62,289 nucleotides of DNA from a virus (taxonomy: Duplodnaviria; Caudoviricetes): positions 1 through 62,289 of IMG/VR virus record IMGVR_UViG_3300006921_003544; one strand, given 5' to 3'. The notes under the pieces are model-generated. The model had not been told where the DNA came from. It worked only from the letters and a program-made list of their open reading frames with translations, and ran no database searches. The position numbers and the translations under genes were made by a program. This document shows, one piece after another, positions 7,946 through 18,292 of this stretch; the first letter of the stretch is position 1, and the number at the start of each line of letters is the position of its first letter.

Positions 7946-10546
7946 ATGGCTGAAAGAATTGTAAGTCCTGGTGTATTCACCCGAGAAAAGGACCTTTCGT
8001 TTATACCACAAGGTGTTGCAGAAATAGGTGCAGCAGTAATTGGTACAACCCAAAAAGGCCCAGCGTTCTGGCCTACACAAGTAACATCCTATACTGAATT
8101 TGAATCCAAATTTGGTGGATTGGAAAGAAACCCAACAACATACGTTCCACATACTGTAAGAGAATATTTCGAACAAGGTGGAAATGTAATGACTGTAGTA
8201 AGAGTGTTAAGTTCTGCAGATGTGACTGTAACAAGTCCATTAGTGCTTAAAATTAACAACAAACTACCAGTAGCTGCAGCAACTGCAGTAACTAATACTT
8301 TTTTAAGTAATAGTAAAACACAAAATGTAGTTGCGGTATTATATCCAACAGAACATGAGTTATCAACTAAAGAAATAGATCTTTCCGGATCTTACCTAAC
8401 TCCAGCGGATGCTGTTTTAGCAGCTCCAGCTCTTGAAGCTAATACTCCATCAGCATCATTACAAAACTTCGTACTTAATTTATCAGGATCTGGTAATATA
8501 GCTGCAGGAACTTCAGTACCAGCAAAAGTATCAGGATCAGGTGATGGAACTGCAGGTGCAGCAGGTAGATTATATGGAATATCAGCATCTTTATTATCAT
8601 CAGATAATAACTCAATCGATACGGTATTAGGTACAAGTCCTAATTCAAATAAAGAAGCATATGTAAAATACTACAATAAAAATTTCTCAACTATTGATGA
8701 TGTTAAATCTAATTCCTTTACAATGACAAAAGCTGTAGATCACGTTTACGCTGACGGATATAAAGGAGCTACAACTCCATGGATCACAAACCAACACACT
8801 GGTTCAGCTGCGAATAACCTATTCAAATTACATCACTTAGGTCATGGTGAAACTACAAACTATGAGTTAAAAGTTTCAATACTAAACATGAAAGCGGCAA
8901 ATGGTGGAACGGATACAAAATATCCAACGTTTGATTTACAAATTAGAACGATCAAACAAACTGGTTTACCATTTGATACACCATATACGTATGATGCAAC
9001 AGATGATAATAGTGCAAACGTAATAGAGGAACATACTGGATTAACATTAGACCCAAGAGATGCAAATTATATTGCAAGAAGAATTGGTGATAGATACTAC
9101 AAAATCAATGATGAAGGTAAAGTAATTGGTGTTAACACGTATCCAAATGTATCTAGATATGTAAGAGTAGAAGTATCCAATGGGGTAAGCACACAAGGAA
9201 TACCAGTAACAGATGCTCCATTTGGATATAGAGCGATTGAACAAGCAATTCCAACAACAAACGATCTATACATGCCTTCAGCATCGTTTGTAACAAAACA
9301 AGAAGAAACTACAGACGTTTATGAACCGGGTGTATTCTACGGATTTAATTTCGATTTCGATGCAACTGATAATGTAAACTACTTAGCGCCAATACCTTCA
9401 ACGGCAAATGGTGTAGGAACAAATGTAGACTTCAACTTATCTAACATGCAAGGTCATGTATCAGCATCAGATGTATTGACAGGAAATGTAGCAAATGCTG
9501 GACATATGATCTCAATGGGATCTCAAACTCATCAACTGCAAAGAAGATTTATGGTTCCTTTCCAAGGTGGCCAAGATGGAAAACACCCTGCACAGGTTTC
9601 TTTGACTGGTAAGAGTATGGGTACAACGAATACATTCGGAATGGACTTTACAGATTCTACATCAGAAGGAACAAAAGCATATAAAAAAGCAATAAATGCT
9701 TTATCAAACGCAGATGAATTTGACATCAACTTATTATCAATGCCAGGAATTATTACAGACAATTGTCCTGCAACGATTACTCATGCGATCAATAAGACTG
9801 AACAAAGAGGTGATTGCTTCTTAATCTTTGATGTAGCAAAATATGACGATTCCCCAACACAAGTAGTATCAACAATTATTGCAGATGCAGTAACAGACGC
9901 AGCTAATTATGATTCAAGCTATGCAGGTACTTACTTCCCATGGTTAATGTATAATGATGCGGTAAATAATATAGTAACACCATTGCCACCATCAGCTATA
10001 ATGCCAAGTGTATTCGCAGGAAATGATTCAGGCGGTGGAGAACCATGGTTCGCACCAGCTGGTCTTAATAGAGGACTATTAACTGCAATCACTGAAGCAA
10101 CTACAAGGTTAACTCACGGTGAAAGAGATACTTTATATGAAGGTAGAGTAAACCCAATTGCAACATTCCCTAATCAAGGAGTTTGTGTATGGGGTCAAAA
10201 AACTTTACAAAAGAAAAGATCAGCACTTGATAGAATTAACGTAAGAAGATTGTTAATAGCATTGAAAAAATTCATTGCATCGACTTCAAGATTCTTAGTA
10301 TTCGAACAAAACACCGCAGCAACGAGAAATAGATTCTTAGGTACTGTTAATCCATACTTAGAAAGCGTACAACAAAGAAGCGGTTTACATGCATTCAAAG
10401 TAGTAATGGATGATACTAACAATACCCCAGATGTAGTAGATAGAAACAAATTAGTAGGTAATATAATGATCCAACCAACAAGAACGGCAGAATTTATTGT
10501 ATTAGACTTCACAGTATTACCAACAGGAGCTACTTTTCCAGAGTAA
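7946..10546 (+). CDS. Tail sheath protein (T4 gp18-like)
   Basis: SPGVFTREKD N-terminus; WFAPAGLNRG, VNPI, WGQKTL, DRINVRRL, PTRTAEFI. Confidence 0.95.
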   Translation: MAERIVSPGVFTREKDLSFIPQGVAEIGAAVIGTTQKGPAFWPTQVTSYTEFESKFGGLERNPTTYVPHTVREYFEQGGNVMTVVRVLSSADVTVTSPLVLKINNKLPVAAATAVTNTFLSNSKTQNVVAVLYPTEHELSTKEIDLSGSYLTPADAVLAAPALEANTPSASLQNFVLNLSGSGNIAAGTSVPAKVSGSGDGTAGAAGRLYGISASLLSSDNNSIDTVLGTSPNSNKEAYVKYYNKNFSTIDDVKSNSFTMTKAVDHVYADGYKGATTPWITNQHTGSAANNLFKLHHLGHGETTNYELKVSILNMKAANGGTDTKYPTFDLQIRTIKQTGLPFDTPYTYDATDDNSANVIEEHTGLTLDPRDANYIARRIGDRYYKINDEGKVIGVNTYPNVSRYVRVEVSNGVSTQGIPVTDAPFGYRAIEQAIPTTNDLYMPSASFVTKQEETTDVYEPGVFYGFNFDFDATDNVNYLAPIPSTANGVGTNVDFNLSNMQGHVSASDVLTGNVANAGHMISMGSQTHQLQRRFMVPFQGGQDGKHPAQVSLTGKSMGTTNTFGMDFTDSTSEGTKAYKKAINALSNADEFDINLLSMPGIITDNCPATITHAINKTEQRGDCFLIFDVAKYDDSPTQVVSTIIADAVTDAANYDSSYAGTYFPWLMYNDAVNNIVTPLPPSAIMPSVFAGNDSGGGEPWFAPAGLNRGLLTAITEATTRLTHGERDTLYEGRVNPIATFPNQGVCVWGQKTLQKKRSALDRINVRRLLIALKKFIASTSRFLVFEQNTAATRNRFLGTVNPYLESVQQRSGLHAFKVVMDDTNNTPDVVDRNKLVGNIMIQPTRTAEFIVLDFTVLPTGATFPE

Positions 10547-10562
10547 AAACTGAGGAAGATAG

Positions 10563-10571
10563 ATATTTATA
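10563..10571 (+). promoter_or_regulatory. Putative late-promoter motif ATATTTATA upstream of the tube gene
   Basis: Recurrent intergenic 9-mer. Confidence 0.5.
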
Positions 10572-10589
10572 TTAAAGAGGAGAACTTAG

Positions 10590-11078
10590 ATGGCACAATT
10601 ATTAGACTCAAATGAAATATTCTTTACACCCTTTGAACCAAAGGTTGCGAATAGGTTCATTATGTTTATTGAAGGTATCCCAGCTTATCTTGTAAAGAAA
10701 GCATCAAGACCTACGGTAACATTTGAAGAGGTTGTATTAGATCACATCAACGTACAAAGAAAAATTAAAGGTAAAGCGACGTGGTCAGATGTAACTGTAG
10801 AATTATATGATCCGGTTGTTCCATCAGCTGCACAAGCTGTAATGGAGTGGGTTAGATTACACCACGAATCGGTAACAGGTAGAGCAGGATATTCAGATTT
10901 TTATAAAAAAGATGTAACTTTTAACATGCTAGGACCAGTAGGTGATAAAGTTGAAGAATGGACACTAAAAGGTGCTTACATCGGAGAAGCAGGATTTGGT
11001 GAAATGGATTGGTCAACTCAAGATCCAATGTCAATCTCATTAACATTGAAATACGACTACGCAATACTACAATTCTAA
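10590..11078 (+). CDS. Tail tube protein (T4 gp19-like)
   Basis: 162 aa directly after the sheath; NRF, GKATWSDVTVELYD, WTLKGAY, LTLKYDYA. Confidence 0.9.
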   Translation: MAQLLDSNEIFFTPFEPKVANRFIMFIEGIPAYLVKKASRPTVTFEEVVLDHINVQRKIKGKATWSDVTVELYDPVVPSAAQAVMEWVRLHHESVTGRAGYSDFYKKDVTFNMLGPVGDKVEEWTLKGAYIGEAGFGEMDWSTQDPMSISLTLKYDYAILQF

Positions 11079-11127
11079 AAAACTATTTATAATTGTACTC
11101 ATGCAAAAGAACCCAATTATATAAAAG

Positions 11128-11154
11128 AAATGCCCAAAAACTTGGGCATTTTTT
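11128..11154 (+). terminator. Rho-independent terminator after the tube gene
   Basis: Stem AAATGCCCAA, loop AAAC, stem TTGGGCATTT, then a T run. Confidence 0.8.
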
Positions 11155-11205
11155 GTATGCATACATATGTATATATAGAACAATATCAATAAAGGAGAAT
11201 AAGTT

Positions 11206-12033
11206 ATGGCACAACACCAAATGACAGATGAAGAGTTAAAACAAAAACTCGTAGCAGATTCAATTCAATCAGAAACATATAAATTTCCAACAGAGGAAGT
11301 TGAATTACCAAGTAAAGGACATTTCTACTCAGATGATAGTCCACTATCGATAGGAAAGATAGAAATGAAATATCCAACAGCAAAAGAAGAGGATATTCTT
11401 ACTTCACAAAATCTTATAAAAAATGGTACAGTAATTGACAAATTCATGCAGTCTATTATCGTATCAAAAATTAACTACAATGATTTATTGATCGGTGATA
11501 AGAACTCTCTTATGATAGCGGGACGTATATTAGCATATGGCGCTGAGTATCCAATAGAATCAATATGCCCTGAATGTGGTGCAAAATCTACTGAAGTAGT
11601 TAATTTATCTGAAGTAGAGGATAGAGATATAGACTTTGAGTCCTACACAAAGGGAGCCAAAGTATTCGAATTCAAACTTCCAGCATCGAAGCGATCTATT
11701 ACATACCAGTTAATGACACATGGAATAGAGCGTAAGGTAGAAGATGCCTTAAAAATAGCTAAGAAGAGATCAAAACGAACTGGAGTAGATCCAGAATTAA
11801 CTACACGAATGAAGATGTGTATTTTATCCGTTGATGGTAATGATGATAGATCTCATGTTGATAATTTCATTGAAACGGAATTCTTATCAAGGGATGCACA
11901 AGCATTTAGAAACCAAATAAAATCCCATACCCCAGATGCAAACATGGTGTATGATTATGAGTGTGGCCAGTGTGGTTACGAGGAGGTGTCGGATTTCCCG
12001 ATCAACGCCGGGTTTTTTTGGCCTACATCCTGA
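11206..12033 (+). CDS. Baseplate hub/tail assembly chaperone (T4 gp26-like, Zn-binding)
   Basis: ELPSKG, TAKEEDIL, two CxxC pairs (CPEC, CGQC), ends FFWPTS; lies between tube and tape measure. Confidence 0.75.
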   Translation: MAQHQMTDEELKQKLVADSIQSETYKFPTEEVELPSKGHFYSDDSPLSIGKIEMKYPTAKEEDILTSQNLIKNGTVIDKFMQSIIVSKINYNDLLIGDKNSLMIAGRILAYGAEYPIESICPECGAKSTEVVNLSEVEDRDIDFESYTKGAKVFEFKLPASKRSITYQLMTHGIERKVEDALKIAKKRSKRTGVDPELTTRMKMCILSVDGNDDRSHVDNFIETEFLSRDAQAFRNQIKSHTPDANMVYDYECGQCGYEEVSDFPINAGFFWPTS

Positions 12034-12313
12034 TCACAGACAAGATCTATTCCAACAAATATTTGACCTAACCTATTATGGCAAGGGGTTCACTCACAAT
12101 GAGGTATATCATATGCCTATTTGGATGAGGCGTAATTACCTTCAACTTGTAGTGAAAGCGGTAAAGCATCAGAATGAAGCTAACGACAACGCTCACAAAA
12201 AAGATAGCCATAAATTCGCAACAGATCAGCAAAATTCTAAGACTAGAATACAACGTCCTGATATTAAAACGAAAAAAAATATCATGGTGAATCCTAAGCT
12301 AACGAGACGTTGA
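12011..12313 (+). CDS. Second tail-chaperone domain (T4 gp51-like), probably reached by a +1 frameshift from the upstream gene
   Basis: +1 frame reads GFFGLHPD..LTYYGKGFTHNEVYHMPIWMRRNYL; no RBS-linked start before this block; joins the upstream ORF at GGG TTT TTT T. Confidence 0.6.
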   Translation, partial: GFFGLHPDHRQDLFQQIFDLTYYGKGFTHNEVYHMPIWMRRNYLQLVVKAVKHQNEANDNAHKKDSHKFATDQQNSKTRIQRPDIKTKKNIMVNPKLTRR

Positions 12314-12329
12314 TTATTGTAGCTCCTCG

Positions 12330-12338
12330 ATATTTATA
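12330..12338 (+). promoter_or_regulatory. Putative late-promoter motif ATATTTATA upstream of the tape measure gene
   Basis: Recurrent intergenic 9-mer. Confidence 0.5.
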
Positions 12339-12355
12339 TATGCGCGGAGAATACA

Positions 12356-14395
12356 ATGGAAGAATCTAAATTCAAATCATTTATGTCTAGTGCCGTATCG
12401 GGCACTAAGAAATTTGGAGCAGCAGCTAAAAATGCAGGAACCAGTGTTAAAAATAACATTGGAAAATCCATGAGTAGTGTAGCTGAGACGACAAAAGACA
12501 TAGTTAATCAATCTGGAGAAATTGGAGCTAAACTAGCTGCAGTGGGGGGAGCCGTTGTCGCAGGAATAATGAATCCAATGAAAGGACTCGTTGGTCTATT
12601 CGCATTATCATTAAAATATGCAACAGAATGGGAAGTTAGAGCGACCGCAACAGCTCGAGCTACCGGTTTAGTTGGTGAAAATCTCGGTGAAGCACAGAGG
12701 CAAGTTACTGGACTACATGAAAGGTATAGACACTTTGGTGAATCCATTGATGGTAGTATTCAAACAATTCAAGGAATGAATAACGCTCTAGGTAATGTTG
12801 ATTATGCAACAGCTCAAATGGCAGATCATATAACTAGATTCTCCATTGGAGCTGGTATTGGTAAAGATATATCAGCAAAAATTATGTCTAATATTATGTT
12901 GACGCAAGGTGCCACTGAAAAGACGGCAATGCAAGCTCAGAATTTTGCAAAAGACTTATCAAATGCAGCAGGTGTACCAATTAACTTGGTAATGGATGAT
13001 CTTGCAAATATATCAGATGATGTACATGGATTCTTAGGATCGAATCCTAAAGAATTAGTAAAAGCTACTGTAGAAGCCAGACGTTTAGGTCTATCATTAG
13101 AATCCACAGCAAAGATAGCTAATGGATTATTAGATTTTGAATCAAGTATAGAAGCAGAAATGGAAGCTCAGGTTCTTACTGGTAAAACTCTTAATTTTGA
13201 TAAAGCTAGACAATTAGCTATGGACGGAGATCAAGTAGGAGCTGCAAAAGAGATGTTAAGACAGGTAGGTGGATTATCTGAATTCAATAAAATGAATGTT
13301 GTGCAAAAGCAAGCATTAGCAAAAGCTACTAATATGTCTGTAGGAGAGATGAAAAAGGCTCTTGGTACTGGAGAAAAAGAAGCAGATCTAGAAGAACAAA
13401 GAGCTGAAGATATGGCAAAAGCTCAAATGGATCAAGCTAAAGGTGTAAAAATAATTGCAACTACAATGGAAGGCTTAAATGCCACACTTCATAGGTTAGG
13501 AAAAGTTCTTGGTGATATTCTAATGCCGTATGCTCAAAAATTTATGAAGTTTTTAGGCTCAGAAGACGCAACAACTATGATAGCAGATGTTGAAACATTT
13601 GTAGTAACTAAACTTACTCCTGCGATTAGAGAAATAGTAGGCTGGCTTGGACAGGTTTGGGATTGGTTAACTGTAGTAGGAGCTGATGGTGAAACTAATA
13701 TTGGTAAGATCTTTGACGCCTTCGCAGCAGTGGGAAGTTTCTTAGGAAATTTAATAATGCAAATAGCAGCATTCAATGAAAAAGTTGGTGCTGGAGCTGC
13801 CAGCGTCGCAAGGTTTGTATTTAAGACTTGGGATGGCATGATAAAACTACTTACGAAAGCTTTCCCAAAAGGAATCAAAGGTATGTTTGGAATGGCGGCA
13901 AAGGCAGTTGGTAAAGCTGGATCAGTACTTCTAAAGGTATTCAAAAAAGTACCAATTATTGGAGCATTGATAAGTTTTGGATTCGCAGTTTCTAAATTCA
14001 GAAAAGGTGATATGCTTGGAGCTGGTATGGAAATAGCTTCTGGTTTAGCATCATTTATTCCAGGAGTAGGAACTGGTATATCCATGGCTATAGACACAGC
14101 CAGTATGGTTCGTGATGTATCAGCATCAGATGATGAAGCAGCCGATTTCATATCTCGTGGCGGTAGAATGCAAAAATTCCGTAAAGATGATTTAGTTATT
14201 GGAGGAACAAAGTTAGATGGCTTATTGAGACAAGCTAATGCTACTGTAGGAGGAGGTGGAGGAGGAGATAATACAGCTATTCTGACAGCGTTAAATAATA
14301 TTGCGAATTTGTTATCGCAACCAGGTGAAGTAATAATGGATGGTAAGAAAGTAGGTGAAACTATCGCTATGTCAAAAAGCTACGTGGGGAACTAA
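12356..14395 (+). CDS. Tape measure protein
   Basis: Ala/Gly/Met-rich helical 679 aa after the tail chaperones; LLDFESSIEAEMEAQVLTGK; C-terminal V.MDGKKVG. Confidence 0.8.
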   Translation: MEESKFKSFMSSAVSGTKKFGAAAKNAGTSVKNNIGKSMSSVAETTKDIVNQSGEIGAKLAAVGGAVVAGIMNPMKGLVGLFALSLKYATEWEVRATATARATGLVGENLGEAQRQVTGLHERYRHFGESIDGSIQTIQGMNNALGNVDYATAQMADHITRFSIGAGIGKDISAKIMSNIMLTQGATEKTAMQAQNFAKDLSNAAGVPINLVMDDLANISDDVHGFLGSNPKELVKATVEARRLGLSLESTAKIANGLLDFESSIEAEMEAQVLTGKTLNFDKARQLAMDGDQVGAAKEMLRQVGGLSEFNKMNVVQKQALAKATNMSVGEMKKALGTGEKEADLEEQRAEDMAKAQMDQAKGVKIIATTMEGLNATLHRLGKVLGDILMPYAQKFMKFLGSEDATTMIADVETFVVTKLTPAIREIVGWLGQVWDWLTVVGADGETNIGKIFDAFAAVGSFLGNLIMQIAAFNEKVGAGAASVARFVFKTWDGMIKLLTKAFPKGIKGMFGMAAKAVGKAGSVLLKVFKKVPIIGALISFGFAVSKFRKGDMLGAGMEIASGLASFIPGVGTGISMAIDTASMVRDVSASDDEAADFISRGGRMQKFRKDDLVIGGTKLDGLLRQANATVGGGGGGDNTAILTALNNIANLLSQPGEVIMDGKKVGETIAMSKSYVGN

Positions 14396-17300
14396 ATGGC
14401 ACTTAAAAATTTAACATCAGATCTATCAGACTATTTCAAGAAAGAACCATCCAAACCAACCGGAAGGTTCCAACAACCGGATAGAGAGATGTCTGATCTA
14501 GATGTCCATGGTAAATTAGAAACTTACAAACGACCAGAAATTAAATCAGATCCTGCAGGAAATCCAATAATTCCAACTAATTTTGATCAACCCGACACAA
14601 AAACACGATACACAGACAATTTTGAATCTAAACTAATTAGATTAGCGTCTGTTGATATAACTCAAACTTCACTAGAAGGAAGATTTGAAACCAGCCCAGT
14701 AAAAGTTAATGAAATATCTATATCTGGCAATAATGAAACCAGCACATATGATCCAGAACAAACTAATCCAAAAGGTAGGAATGAGGAATCTAATATAGTA
14801 ATACCAACCATAGCTACAGATGGAAGATTTGAAGTCAGTGGAATAGATCCAGTAATATCAGTATTAAAGGGTAGATTTGAAACTAGTAATATAGAACCAA
14901 TTCAATCTGTTCTAGAAGGATATCAAGTTAAAACAGATGGAAATGGTAATAAACTTCCAAGTCATATAGAAATAGAAAATACAACTACATTCGGAATCCA
15001 GAATGAAGGAGATCTTACTCCAGCAATATATCAATATGGAAAAGCAGTAAAATCTGATGGATCATTAGTTAGTATTAACGATTCGGATTCGCATACATTC
15101 TCAGAAAGACCTGTAAAATCAGGTGGAGCATTACCATATTCTTCACTTCTAGATGTTACTGGAAATCCATCATCATATTCAACTTCATTAAATTCTATAA
15201 ATGGTATTGGAACATTCCACATTCATACAACGACTGGAACCAACACTGCTATTTCTAGTAATTTAGCGTTTGATAATGTACAATCTACTTCGACAGGCCA
15301 AGCACCTGAAAATTACTACTGGTCATCACAAGGAATAGCATCGATAAATCAACCATTTAGAGTAGGATATCATATCGATGCAACAACTGAAATACACGAT
15401 AAAATAAACAATAAATATACCACTGATTTTAATACTATAGGATTTATAGAACCAGATGGAAGCACACAGCATAGATTGCAAGATATAAGTGCAATAAACA
15501 TAGCACCAGCTACGTACATATCACAACTAACTCCATCACCACTTAATTATGTAATTCCATTCGATGCTACAGATGCAAACTCAGTAACATTTAATTTTGG
15601 ATATGATATAATAACAAATGCGATATCTAATAATCAAGGACAAACATTCACAGTACTTAGTTCAGCAACATCACCATATAGTGATATCACTATTACAGGA
15701 TTACATTCTGGAAATATAGATACTCTACACGCCAATAACGCTTCAGTATTTGGATTAGATATGGTACAATCTTTTATTGTAGATGGACAAGACACGATAA
15801 CACCAATATCAGAAGTAACTATTACTGGTGGAAAAGATTCGTTTACAACGGATACGTTGGAAGATAGTCAAACGATTGGTACTCCATTATTTGGTGGAAA
15901 AACATACGAACAAGTTGGGAAAACTAATCCTACAGTCGCAACTGATGTAGTAACTCTAGCTGATCAGATAGAACTAGGTAATAGTTTGATAGACGATCAT
16001 TATACGGTTGGATTCACACCAAACATGTCGCAAACATTTGGTGGAGGAGAGGAGGGATCCAAGTATTTAGGAATTGAAAACGACACATACACACATCCAG
16101 GAATATCAAATAGATATAGTCATAAATCGATCGTTGAATCAGCTTTCGGTCAAGGTTCAACTTTCGCAACCGCAAATACAGGTACTCCTACTGCAATATC
16201 ATACGATGTAAATAGCCATCTAACACCAGTGGCTCTTAGAACTTTTACAATAAACTCAACTGGACCGATAAATAATATTCAATTGGTAAATGGTACTGAT
16301 GAAGTAGAATTTCAAGAAAATTTCTCAAGTGCCAGAACGGGACAAGTTGGTGGTGCATACATACACCGTTTAGGACCGTATGGAATGGATACTACTATCA
16401 CAGGAGTTGCAGGATTAAGTAGTGATATGCAGAATGAACTACCTAAACTATACAACGATGGATCAGGTATAACACAATATGGAATACCATTAGGAGACAA
16501 ACCTAAATCATATGAAAAGAATTTTGAAGATAATACTGTAGACGAAGGAACTTCATACGGAAGCTATATAATAGATAAGATTAAATCAGGAGCAGATGAA
16601 AAATGGTATGAGAGTGCATTCCCAGCTCTATCTGGTAAGAATTTGTCATCTGCAAAAGCAGGTTTTGATGAACTTAAAAAAATGATGAAGCGAAAAAAGA
16701 CTTATAGAATATGGGAAACTCACAATTCATATACTTTGCAAGGAAATCAAGGTCTTCATAAAGGTTTAGAGCATTTCGGAATAGTCTCAGGTGGAAGCTC
16801 ATTAGCAGATGGATGGTTCCCTGAATTTACTAATATAGCTCAAGCGGGTAATACAACAGCCAATAGATATTATTCTGTTCTTGGATATCCAGGATTGATG
16901 GTAGCTTATGGAGTTGCAAGTTCTGGAGCTGTTTCACATTTAGACTTTAGAGCGTTAATCAATGATCCATTAGCAACTTTCTATGGAGAATCTACCATTG
17001 CAAATTATGATGTAAATAATTTGGTATCTAGAGGAGGTTCTTACAATCAAGGAAGACCTGGACTAGCACGTAGAGATTATAGACAAGCTACGACTAAAAC
17101 AAAGCCTTATGGAGGAGATGCAATTACTCAACAAGCTATCACTGGTGTAGACATTAAAGCGATGGAAAAAGAATATGGAGATTTGATAAAATTCTATATC
17201 AAAGATCCTATAGGGAAAAAGACGTTAAGATTTAGATCATACATAACAGCTATAAATGATTCGGTAGGTGCAACGTGGACTGGTGTAAAATATTTAGGTC

Positions 17301-17983
17301 GTCCAAATAATTTATTTCTATATGAAGGAGCATCTGATAGAAAACTAAGTTTTAACCTTAAAGTAGCTGCTTTATCTAGATATGATGTAAAGATGATGTG
17401 GACAAAGGTGAATTATTTAACTAGTTTATGTTATCCCCACATTGATGAGGCTACTCAACAAATGAAAGGGCCAGTCGTTGGATTGACTTTAGGAGATTGG
17501 TTTAATGATGAACCAGGATTTTTCGATTCGGTTAACATTACAGTCGATACTTCAGCTCCGTGGGATATAAACCTAGAAGATCATAACTATAGACAAGGGC
17601 TTGGAGGACAGCTATTAGATAGTGCAATGAAAGGTGGAATATCAGGATTAGTAAACACAGGTCTAAATAAATTAAAGGATGTTGCAAAGGGGACATTGGG
17701 TAATCAAGCTATCGATAAAGATGGTAGACAAGTAGCCCAACTTCCTCAGGTTATTGATATTACATTAGGATTCACATCAATGGCTTCAGCCAATAGAAAA
17801 GTAGGAGGAGATATGTTTGGATTCATGGATGCGGATGGAGCATGGGTTACTGATAAAGAAGGAAAAGCGGATGGTAAATTCCCAAAACCATCACTACTAG
17901 ATCGAGTTATGGGAGGAGGACCTGGATCATTTGCAAGCTCGGGTGCTGGAAAAGTTCTAGGTGGTGTGTTGGGTAGGAGATAA
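14396..17983 (+). CDS. Large baseplate/tube-initiator-like protein with a long N-terminal extension
   Basis: C-terminal tube-fold-like block FRSYITAINDSVGATW..KYLGRP...Y.G..RKLSFNLKV; sits between tape measure and LysM genes. Confidence 0.55.
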   Translation: MALKNLTSDLSDYFKKEPSKPTGRFQQPDREMSDLDVHGKLETYKRPEIKSDPAGNPIIPTNFDQPDTKTRYTDNFESKLIRLASVDITQTSLEGRFETSPVKVNEISISGNNETSTYDPEQTNPKGRNEESNIVIPTIATDGRFEVSGIDPVISVLKGRFETSNIEPIQSVLEGYQVKTDGNGNKLPSHIEIENTTTFGIQNEGDLTPAIYQYGKAVKSDGSLVSINDSDSHTFSERPVKSGGALPYSSLLDVTGNPSSYSTSLNSINGIGTFHIHTTTGTNTAISSNLAFDNVQSTSTGQAPENYYWSSQGIASINQPFRVGYHIDATTEIHDKINNKYTTDFNTIGFIEPDGSTQHRLQDISAINIAPATYISQLTPSPLNYVIPFDATDANSVTFNFGYDIITNAISNNQGQTFTVLSSATSPYSDITITGLHSGNIDTLHANNASVFGLDMVQSFIVDGQDTITPISEVTITGGKDSFTTDTLEDSQTIGTPLFGGKTYEQVGKTNPTVATDVVTLADQIELGNSLIDDHYTVGFTPNMSQTFGGGEEGSKYLGIENDTYTHPGISNRYSHKSIVESAFGQGSTFATANTGTPTAISYDVNSHLTPVALRTFTINSTGPINNIQLVNGTDEVEFQENFSSARTGQVGGAYIHRLGPYGMDTTITGVAGLSSDMQNELPKLYNDGSGITQYGIPLGDKPKSYEKNFEDNTVDEGTSYGSYIIDKIKSGADEKWYESAFPALSGKNLSSAKAGFDELKKMMKRKKTYRIWETHNSYTLQGNQGLHKGLEHFGIVSGGSSLADGWFPEFTNIAQAGNTTANRYYSVLGYPGLMVAYGVASSGAVSHLDFRALINDPLATFYGESTIANYDVNNLVSRGGSYNQGRPGLARRDYRQATTKTKPYGGDAITQQAITGVDIKAMEKEYGDLIKFYIKDPIGKKTLRFRSYITAINDSVGATWTGVKYLGRPNNLFLYEGASDRKLSFNLKVAALSRYDVKMMWTKVNYLTSLCYPHIDEATQQMKGPVVGLTLGDWFNDEPGFFDSVNITVDTSAPWDINLEDHNYRQGLGGQLLDSAMKGGISGLVNTGLNKLKDVAKGTLGNQAIDKDGRQVAQLPQVIDITLGFTSMASANRKVGGDMFGFMDADGAWVTDKEGKADGKFPKPSLLDRVMGGGPGSFASSGAGKVLGGVLGRR
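14678..14926 (+). repeat. 48-nt (16-aa) degenerate tandem repeat inside the CDS
   Basis: G-R/N-F/N-E units start at 14678, 14726, 14774, 14822, 14870, with a remnant at 14918. Confidence 0.75.
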
Positions 17984-17986
17984 TAT

Positions 17987-18289
17987 ATGAATAGATATGA
18001 ATTTAACAATCCCATTATTAAAAAAGATAAGAAACGTATACAAGGACAAACTGTATACCCACCAATCATGCCAAGATCTACAGATCTATATGTGACGGTA
18101 AGAGATGGACAAAGATTAGATACAATAGCTAATGAGTATTATGGAGATCCTTCAAAATGGTGGATTATTGCTCAAGCAAATAATATAACAGGTGGTACCC
18201 TGTTTACAAAACCGGGATCTCAAATTAGGATCCCACAAGAAGTAGGAAAAATTAACGCAGATTTACAAAAATTAAATCAGGAAAGATAG
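17987..18289 (+). CDS. LysM-domain baseplate wedge protein (gp53/tail X-like)
   Basis: GQRLDTIANEYYGDPSKWWIIAQANNI..PGSQIRIP. Confidence 0.85.
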   Translation: MNRYEFNNPIIKKDKKRIQGQTVYPPIMPRSTDLYVTVRDGQRLDTIANEYYGDPSKWWIIAQANNITGGTLFTKPGSQIRIPQEVGKINADLQKLNQER

Positions 18290-18292
18290 GTT

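Noticed and set aside
11936-12010. Independent ATG start for the gp51-like ORF
   Set aside because: No RBS, deep inside the upstream gene, and the sequence looks protein-like only after the T7 run
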